Shown here: piece after piece, positions 54,572-60,901 of the stretch
Position numbering within the stretch: the first letter of the stretch is position 1
Layout: each line of letters starts with the position of its first letter
Source of the DNA: a virus
Lineage: Duplodnaviria > Caudoviricetes
DNA length: 60,901 nt
Virus record (IMG/VR): IMGVR_UViG_3300017717_000004
Coordinates: 1 to 60,901 of that record
Strand: one strand, 5' to 3'
Position numbers and translations under genes: made by a program
The notes under the pieces: generated by a model
The model's input: only the letters and a program-made list of their open reading frames with translations
What the model was told of the DNA's origin: nothing
Databases searched by the model: none

Positions 54572-56368
54572 ATGTCTGAAATTAAGTATTTAAGCAATAT
54601 TTCTCTAGAAAATCTAGAGCTTAGAAATGCAAAAGTTCATGTTGTATCCTCCGACCCAACTTTAGCAGGAGCAACATATGAAGGTAGGATTATATATAAT
54701 TCAAGTGAAAATGTTTTAAAGTTCCATAATGGTGGCTCAAGCAACTACTGGGTTTCTTTGTCATCTGCATCTGGTGATATAGAGTCTGTTACAGTTACGG
54801 CTGGCAGCGGTCTAGGTGTTGCAAGTGGTAGTGAGACAAGTTCTTCTGGAGATTTTTCTGTAGCACTTGAGGTTAATGTTGATGACACTACGATAGAAAT
54901 AAATAGTGATACTATTCGAGCAAAAACAGCAGCTATTGCGGATGGGGGTACAGCTTTAGCTACAGCAGACCAAATACATACTTTTGTTACAAGTTTTAAT
55001 TATATAGATGGGAATGAAACTATTGCACTTACTGGTGATGTTACAGGCTCAGGAACAACATCTATAGCTACAACTATAGCTTCTGCAGCTGTTCATCATA
55101 GCATGTTAAATGATGACATTATTTCTGGTCAAGGAGCTTTAACATCAGGATTAGTTGCTACGGATGAATTTATGATAAGTGATGGTGGTGTTGTTAAGAA
55201 AATGGATGTTAGTGTTCTTGAAACTTACATGCAGAACAACCTTACATTCACTACAAATAGCGATGTTCTTCAAGGTATCAGTGCTGACACGGCAAACGCA
55301 GATAGATTTATTACTTCTGTAGCAAATGCATCTGGTGCTCAACAAGGGCTTTCTCATAGCACATTAAAATATAACCCAAGCACAGAAACTTTAAAAGTAA
55401 CAAACCTTGTTGTTTCTGGAACATCTACAACAATAAACACTGAGACTATTGCTCTTGCTGATAACATTATTACTCTTAATAGCAATGCTTCAGGTACTCC
55501 AACTGAGAATGCAGGTTTAGAAGTAGAAAGAGGTAGTTCAACAAATGTGTTATTAAGATGGAATGAGTCAAATGATAGATGGGAGTTTACTAATGACGGT
55601 TCGACTTATTACAATATTCCTATAAGTACAGAATACAATAACTACCAACACCCAACTCACCCTGGCGATGATATTGATATTGACACTACAGCTCTTACAG
55701 GAGCGGTTGTTATATCTGATTTAGATATCAATATTACTACAGACACTCTTGGTCATGTTACAGATGCTAATGCAAGTGTAGCCACAAGAAGCCTTACTTT
55801 ATCTGATTTAGGATACACAGGTTCTGCAACAGCAGACAACTATGGTGGATGGAATTTAAAACTTGATGGAAGTAATACCACAGGTGGTGCTTCTGTAACA
55901 AGTGGAGAAGAAGTAGAATTCCTAAGCACAACTTCAGAGCATGGCGGTGTTACAATTTCAAACCCAGCTGCTAACGATTTAGAGTTTAATGTTGTTCAAG
56001 GTAGCACAACAAAAAGAGGTGCTCTTGAATTAGCAACAAACACCGAGGCTGCAGCTGGAACAGATACTGCAAGAGCAGTGACTCCTGCTGGTGTAGCTGC
56101 TTTTGTAAGCGCAACTAATTTTGCGGTTATATTACAGGCTAGTGAAAGCTCTGTTACAAAAGCTACTAATACTTATACAGTAACACACAACTTAGGTTCA
56201 AGAGATGTAATAGTTCAAGTCTATGATATTTATGGAGACGGAAGCACTATAACTTATGATACTGTTCATGTGGACGTGTTGAGAGCAACAACAAACACAA
56301 TAAAAGTAGGATTCGCCGCTTCGGTAACAGACGGACACTTTAAAGTATTGATTACCAAGGTGGCATAA
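54572..56368 (+). CDS. Tail fibre protein
   Basis: S/T/G/A-rich; AGLEVERG, ELATNTEAAAGTDTARAVTP fibre repeat, THNLGSRDVIVQVY. Confidence 0.75.
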   Translation: MSEIKYLSNISLENLELRNAKVHVVSSDPTLAGATYEGRIIYNSSENVLKFHNGGSSNYWVSLSSASGDIESVTVTAGSGLGVASGSETSSSGDFSVALEVNVDDTTIEINSDTIRAKTAAIADGGTALATADQIHTFVTSFNYIDGNETIALTGDVTGSGTTSIATTIASAAVHHSMLNDDIISGQGALTSGLVATDEFMISDGGVVKKMDVSVLETYMQNNLTFTTNSDVLQGISADTANADRFITSVANASGAQQGLSHSTLKYNPSTETLKVTNLVVSGTSTTINTETIALADNIITLNSNASGTPTENAGLEVERGSSTNVLLRWNESNDRWEFTNDGSTYYNIPISTEYNNYQHPTHPGDDIDIDTTALTGAVVISDLDINITTDTLGHVTDANASVATRSLTLSDLGYTGSATADNYGGWNLKLDGSNTTGGASVTSGEEVEFLSTTSEHGGVTISNPAANDLEFNVVQGSTTKRGALELATNTEAAAGTDTARAVTPAGVAAFVSATNFAVILQASESSVTKATNTYTVTHNLGSRDVIVQVYDIYGDGSTITYDTVHVDVLRATTNTIKVGFAASVTDGHFKVLITKVA

Positions 56369-56377
56369 ATTTAATTT

Positions 56378-58543
56378 ATGTCAATAAAATTCAAATCCAG
56401 GGTTGATGCCGAGCAAGACTTAAATGTTTATAATGCTCTTGTAGTAAAGGCTAATGAATCCTCCGTATCAGGCATTAGGCTTGTCCATGCGGGAACAACA
56501 GGGTATATAGAAAACTCAAAAGGAAAGACTCATTTTATGGGTTCTAGTGGAGGCGATGGCGCTCCTCAAATCTATATGACTTTTGACGACACCAATAGTA
56601 GACGCGTTGGTATAAGCAGTCAAGACCCTGCGTTTTTATTTGATGTGGGTGGAGCTATAGGTCTTCAGGGAAGTCAAGGCTTACATTTTGAGGGAAGCAC
56701 TGCAGGCGTAGGGCCAAACATTATATCAAACACATCTCATGACTTAAAATTTAGAACAAGAGGAACTTCTTCTCCTTATTCTAATGCCGAAAGAATGACT
56801 ATTCTTGCCTCTAATGGGTATGTGGGTATCAATAATACTAGCCCAGACAGTACATTTCATGTAGGCGGTAATGTTAGAATAGACACTATAAGTAATTTAA
56901 CTTCTCAGGGCTCAAAATTTTTAATAGCTGATTCAAATGGAGAGGTAAAATATAGGTCTGCATCTCAAGTGTTGAGTGATATAGGCGCAGGCACAGGAGG
57001 TGGTAATGTATCTAACACAGGCACTCCAGCAAACAACCAATTAGCTATATGGACAGACGCAACAACAATTGAAGGGGTTTCTAATTTAACTTATAATGGA
57101 ACCACTCTTAATGTTGATGCACAAGTAGACATAGATGCAAGTGGTGTAGCTTGCGAAATAACGTCAAGTCAATCCAAAGCTTTAGTATTAAGGGGTGGAG
57201 TTAATTCTAGTAATATACAAGAGTGGGGGACAGCTTCTGCATTGACCATATATTCTGTAGTTGATAATAATGGTAATTTTGGGATTCGAAATACAAATCC
57301 TGGTAAACCACTTGATGTTACTGGTACAATAAGAACCAGTACAGATTTGATAGTAGGTGAAACAGGGCAAAATGGATATATAACCTTAGCTCAAAGCGAC
57401 TCAATCGGAGATACTAGAAACTCACAAATAATGTTTCAAAGGGCGTTAGAGTTTAGAAGTGACGGTGGAAGTACTGATAATATATTACGTTTGGAGCACA
57501 ATGGTGATGTGTCTATTCAAAATGGAAGTTTATCAGTAGGAACAGACAACACAGATGCTACAGTAACAATAAAAGGCACAGTTGGTTCTGTAGCACACAC
57601 TATACAAAATTCAAATGAAACAACTTTCCGTTTAAGTACAGCTGTAGAAAGCTCCGCTACTAATACAGTAGTGTTTAGACATGGTTTATATTATAATACC
57701 ACTGAAAATACAAGTATAGCATTCTTTAGAGGAGGTAGTACTACAGGAGGTTTTATGTCGTTCCAAACTAATAACGGAACAGAAAGAATGCGTATTGAGT
57801 CTGGAGGAAATGTTGGTATACAAACCACATCTCCTAATGCCACACTGCATGTGGATTCGCCAAGCACAACTGCTGCAAGTTTAACTTTTGGGGCTTCATG
57901 TGGTCAAATTTTTCAAAATGAAAATTCTGAACTTGCAATAGGATTAAGTAATTCAAGTCCATATAATTTATGGATGCAAGCAAGAAAAAGCTCAAACGCA
58001 GCAAGAAACATAGCCTTACAGCCATTAGGTGGAAATGTAGGAGTTGGTTTTGATGCAGCTAACATTTCAGAAAAACTACATGTTAATGGAGTTGTAAAGG
58101 CTGATGGTGGGTTAAAAGGATATGTTCCTGCTTTTCATCATGGTGGTTTCTATCATAGTAGCTCATCAAGCTCTAGCACTGTATATTGGATTCCAACAAA
58201 CTATATTGTTGAAACAACAAGTAACCAATATTATAACACCTGGATTGCTCCTTATGATGGAAGAGTAATAAAAATAATAATGAGATGGGCTAGTGGTTCA
58301 GCACCTCAAGCAACAAGTGTAACTTTTAGGTGGGCAAAGAACGGAAGTACTCAGCTAACTACATTCGCAGGAACAGTAACAAACGCGGCCAGCACATCAA
58401 TGAAGGTTGTAAAGGAGTTTGCTAATACAGATATTACTTTTAGCGAAGGCGATAAATATAAGCTTGGTTTTCAGACAAACGGAGGTAATAGATATTTGTA
58501 TGGTTTTACATACACTGTAGTAATAGAGTATAATAAAGATTAA
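56378..58543 (+). CDS. Tail fibre/receptor-binding protein
   Basis: Repeated G(N/Y)VGI..P...LHV and ERMRI motifs. Confidence 0.8.
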   Translation: MSIKFKSRVDAEQDLNVYNALVVKANESSVSGIRLVHAGTTGYIENSKGKTHFMGSSGGDGAPQIYMTFDDTNSRRVGISSQDPAFLFDVGGAIGLQGSQGLHFEGSTAGVGPNIISNTSHDLKFRTRGTSSPYSNAERMTILASNGYVGINNTSPDSTFHVGGNVRIDTISNLTSQGSKFLIADSNGEVKYRSASQVLSDIGAGTGGGNVSNTGTPANNQLAIWTDATTIEGVSNLTYNGTTLNVDAQVDIDASGVACEITSSQSKALVLRGGVNSSNIQEWGTASALTIYSVVDNNGNFGIRNTNPGKPLDVTGTIRTSTDLIVGETGQNGYITLAQSDSIGDTRNSQIMFQRALEFRSDGGSTDNILRLEHNGDVSIQNGSLSVGTDNTDATVTIKGTVGSVAHTIQNSNETTFRLSTAVESSATNTVVFRHGLYYNTTENTSIAFFRGGSTTGGFMSFQTNNGTERMRIESGGNVGIQTTSPNATLHVDSPSTTAASLTFGASCGQIFQNENSELAIGLSNSSPYNLWMQARKSSNAARNIALQPLGGNVGVGFDAANISEKLHVNGVVKADGGLKGYVPAFHHGGFYHSSSSSSSTVYWIPTNYIVETTSNQYYNTWIAPYDGRVIKIIMRWASGSAPQATSVTFRWAKNGSTQLTTFAGTVTNAASTSMKVVKEFANTDITFSEGDKYKLGFQTNGGNRYLYGFTYTVVIEYNKD

Positions 58544-58544
58544 T

Positions 58545-59105
58545 ATGGCTAGTATAAATGACAATATAAGAGGTAAAAAATTATTTAAAGAAGGCAGTTC
58601 AGGGGCGTCAGCTTCTAAAGGAGGTGATGGAGAAATAACTATTTCTAAAGAAAAATCAGATGAGCTTGCTGCTTTAACAGATATTAGTGATGTTTTTAAT
58701 GATGATGGATTGTATCAATCTAATAAATTTTTACTAAAACAAGTTGAAGATTTAAGAGCTGATGTTGAAGAGTTGCACGCTTTTATAAAAGATGCTTTTG
58801 GTAAAGACTCTTCATCTGCGGCATCACAAGGTGCTAAAGGAGATACTGGAGCTCAAGGTCCAAAAGGTGACACAGGAGCTCAAGGTCCAGCAGGTTCAAA
58901 CGGTACAAATGGTAGTGATGGGGCTAAGGGCGATACTGGTGCACAAGGACCTCAAGGAATACAAGGTGCTACTGGACCTACAGGACCAGCTGGTGCTGAT
59001 GGTAAAAACGGTAGTGACGCTTCTGTAAGTGGATTTAAAGGTCAAAGAACAGTTGGTAAAGAAACCTGGACTTTTGAAAATGGTTTATTAAAAACAGTAA
59101 AATAA
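58545..59105 (+). CDS. Collagen-like repeat fibre protein
   Basis: Long Gly-X-Y run ([22 protein letters not shown]...). Confidence 0.85.
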   Translation: MASINDNIRGKKLFKEGSSGASASKGGDGEITISKEKSDELAALTDISDVFNDDGLYQSNKFLLKQVEDLRADVEELHAFIKDAFGKDSSSAASQGAKGDTGAQGPKGDTGAQGPAGSNGTNGSDGAKGDTGAQGPQGIQGATGPTGPAGADGKNGSDASVSGFKGQRTVGKETWTFENGLLKTVK

Positions 59106-59111
59106 TATATT

Positions 59112-59450
59112 ATGGCAAAAACATATACTTGGGAAATAAAAGCATTGGATGTTCATAAAGAAAAAGATTCTCTTAATGACGTTGTTTATCAAATACACTA
59201 CAGATACAAATGTGTTAGTGATGATGATTTAGACGAAAATAACAATCCTTACATAGCCTCCGTACCAGGAAGTCTTGATATTGGAGAACCAGATTCTGAA
59301 AACTATATAGAGTTTGATGACTTAAAAGAGTCTGATGTTAAAGCTTGGCTTAATGAAGGCTTAAATGCTGAAGAGTTAAAAACCGCTCTTTCAAATGAAA
59401 TAGATGAAATGGTTACACCAACTATAGAAAGAAAAAATACTCCTTGGTAA
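59112..59450 (+). CDS. Probable tail-fibre assembly/accessory protein
   Basis: TYTWEI..VVYQIHY..FDDLKESDVKAWL..PW. Confidence 0.55.
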   Translation: MAKTYTWEIKALDVHKEKDSLNDVVYQIHYRYKCVSDDDLDENNNPYIASVPGSLDIGEPDSENYIEFDDLKESDVKAWLNEGLNAEELKTALSNEIDEMVTPTIERKNTPW

Positions 59451-59467
59451 TCGATTCTTATTTTTAG

Positions 59468-59475
59468 TATATTTG
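59468..59475 (+). promoter_or_regulatory. -7 promoter element TATATTTG
   Basis: 32 nt before the ATG at 59500. Confidence 0.6.
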
Positions 59476-59499
59476 TATATAAATTAAATCTTAAATAAA

Positions 59500-59763
59500 A
59501 TGGCAAAAAAAACAAAATCAGTGCCTGTACAGGCCTCAGTCGTTATTGACGAAAAAATCCTCAACCAAATAAAAGAGATTAGAAGAACCCAATCTAACTT
59601 ACAGTTGGAAATTGGTTCTCTATCTGTTAAAAAACATTTAATACTACACCAACTCCATGAAATAGGGGATAATCTGCAAAACATAATGAAGGCTCTTGAG
59701 GAGCAGCATGGAAAAGGCACTTTGAACTTAGATACAGGAGAGATAAAATTAGATTCCGAGTAA
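59500..59763 (+). CDS. Small coiled-coil protein
   Basis: LEEQHGKGTLNLDTGEI C-terminus. Confidence 0.65.
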   Translation: MAKKTKSVPVQASVVIDEKILNQIKEIRRTQSNLQLEIGSLSVKKHLILHQLHEIGDNLQNIMKALEEQHGKGTLNLDTGEIKLDSE

Positions 59764-59764
59764 A

Positions 59765-59989
59765 TTGCAGATAAGAAAAATATCCATAGGAGCTGATTAT
59801 AAAGGAAGTGCGATGCATTATATCTTAGGCCAGTCTGTGCTTAATGGTAAATATGAAATTCACCTCATTGAGTTTAGTTCTGAAAAAGAATCTTTTCTTA
59901 TACATATCGAAAAAGATAATGAACTTTACTTATGGAAGGAATTTAATAAAAACATTCCTGTTTCCATAGAGTATAATATACATTTTTAA
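59765..59989 (+). CDS. Conserved hypothetical protein
   Basis: IRKISIGADYK..MHY..WKEFN..PVSIEY; TTG start. Confidence 0.65.
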   Translation: MQIRKISIGADYKGSAMHYILGQSVLNGKYEIHLIEFSSEKESFLIHIEKDNELYLWKEFNKNIPVSIEYNIHF

Positions 59990-59990
59990 A

Positions 59991-60548
59991 ATGCAATCTC
60001 CGTATTATTTTATAGTCAAACCACTTGGTTCTGAGTATAATAATGAGATTGAAATCGCTGGTCAGCAAGTGATTGTGAACTCGACTGTCGAGAATCACGA
60101 GCATGTCAATAGACACGCTGAGATTATTTATGTGCCACAAAGACATAAAGGAGAGATATCAAAAGGCGATTCAATTATTGTTCATCACAATATATTTAGA
60201 ATATATTACGATATGAAGGGTAACCCAAAAAAATCACCTAACTATTTTAAGGACGGATTATATTTTATAGATGAGTTTCAGTTTTATCTATATAATAACG
60301 GAAAACAATGGAATGCCGTTGGAGACAATTGTTTTGTAAAGCCAATCACAAAAGAAGACACTTATTTATATGAAGATTCTTTAGAAGATAATACTGGTGT
60401 AATTGCTTATGATAATTACAATTTAAATAAATTAGGTGTTTTTAAAGGCGACAAAGTAAACTTCAGAAAAAATAGTGAATACAAATTTACTATAGGCGAC
60501 GAAGTTTTGTATAGAATGAAAACTAATGATATATGCGCAATATTATGA
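59991..60548 (+). CDS. Tandem GroES-like protein
   Basis: Two repeats: FIVKP..AEIIYVP..ISKGDSIIV and CFVKP..TGVIAY..VFKGDKVNF..LYRMKTNDI. Confidence 0.6.
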   Translation: MQSPYYFIVKPLGSEYNNEIEIAGQQVIVNSTVENHEHVNRHAEIIYVPQRHKGEISKGDSIIVHHNIFRIYYDMKGNPKKSPNYFKDGLYFIDEFQFYLYNNGKQWNAVGDNCFVKPITKEDTYLYEDSLEDNTGVIAYDNYNLNKLGVFKGDKVNFRKNSEYKFTIGDEVLYRMKTNDICAIL

Positions 60549-60823
60549 TAGATTCTAAGGAAATAAAAGAAAGAATTATAAAAGCTGGTCATGAGGCTGT
60601 AAGACAATTAATTAAAGTTGCTGAAGAGGAGATTATAAAGCCAGACCCAGAAGATGAGCTGGCTGCAGATAGATTAAAAAACGCTGCTGCAACAAAAAAA
60701 CTTGCAATCTTTGACGCTTTTGAAATATTAAACAGGATTGAAAATGAAAAAAATATGCTTGAGAATCCTGAAGAAGAGAAAAAAAGTTTAACTGGAGGTT
60801 TTGCAGAAAGAAGGTCTAAATAG
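60545..60823 (+). CDS. Probable terminase small subunit
   Basis: Helical 92-aa protein whose 3' end overlaps the terL start across the circular join; ATGA coupling upstream. Confidence 0.6.
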   Translation: MIDSKEIKERIIKAGHEAVRQLIKVAEEEIIKPDPEDELAADRLKNAAATKKLAIFDAFEILNRIENEKNMLENPEEEKKSLTGGFAERRSK

Positions 60824-60901
60824 CTTATATACAACAACAACTACACATGTTGATAAAAAAGACCTAGAGAAACAAAACAAATCTAAGTCTTTTAAATATG
60901 G
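60779..60901. repeat. Terminal direct repeat, right copy
   Basis: Identical to 1-123. Confidence 0.97.

Noticed and set aside
56378-59105. Diversity-generating retroelement acting on the tail fibres
   Set aside because: No reverse transcriptase and no adenine-variant template/variable repeat pair noticed; the repeats are collagen and fibre coding repeats

Overview
A complete, circularly assembled tailed dsDNA phage genome of about 60,778 bp. Bases 1-123 are repeated exactly at 60779-60901. The host is very probably Bacteroidota (Flavobacteriia-like): TAnnTTTG promoter motifs sit upstream of many operons and starts are A-rich with no Shine-Dalgarno sequence. The + strand arm (about 42.4 kb through the join to 25.6 kb) encodes GroEL, GroES, a cluster of small basic proteins, an envelope/lysis module, tail fibres, a tandem-GroES protein, terminase, portal, scaffold, capsid, podovirus-type tail proteins and large probable ejection proteins. 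The - strand arm (41.4 kb to 25.6 kb) encodes early genes, tRNA-Glu, an M20/M28 peptidase with a large partner, recombination proteins, a replication initiator with internal iterons, a primase-helicase and nucleotide-metabolism genes. I recognised no DNA polymerase, RNA polymerase or integrase. The most striking element is at the point where the two arms diverge (about 41040-42145). There the + strand can fold into a roughly 1-kb imperfect hairpin in which a non-coding degenerate copy pairs with the whole first early gene, mostly through G-T-compatible substitutions. The fold-back places a consensus promoter motif upstream of that gene, and DNA-type GNA-triloop minihairpins lie alongside. Other notable items are a candidate sRNA antisense to AUGAAAACAAU start regions, a second copy of the replication iterons upstream of groEL, and an in-frame TGA in a structural gene. 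All product calls come from motif recognition and gene order; no database searches were run.
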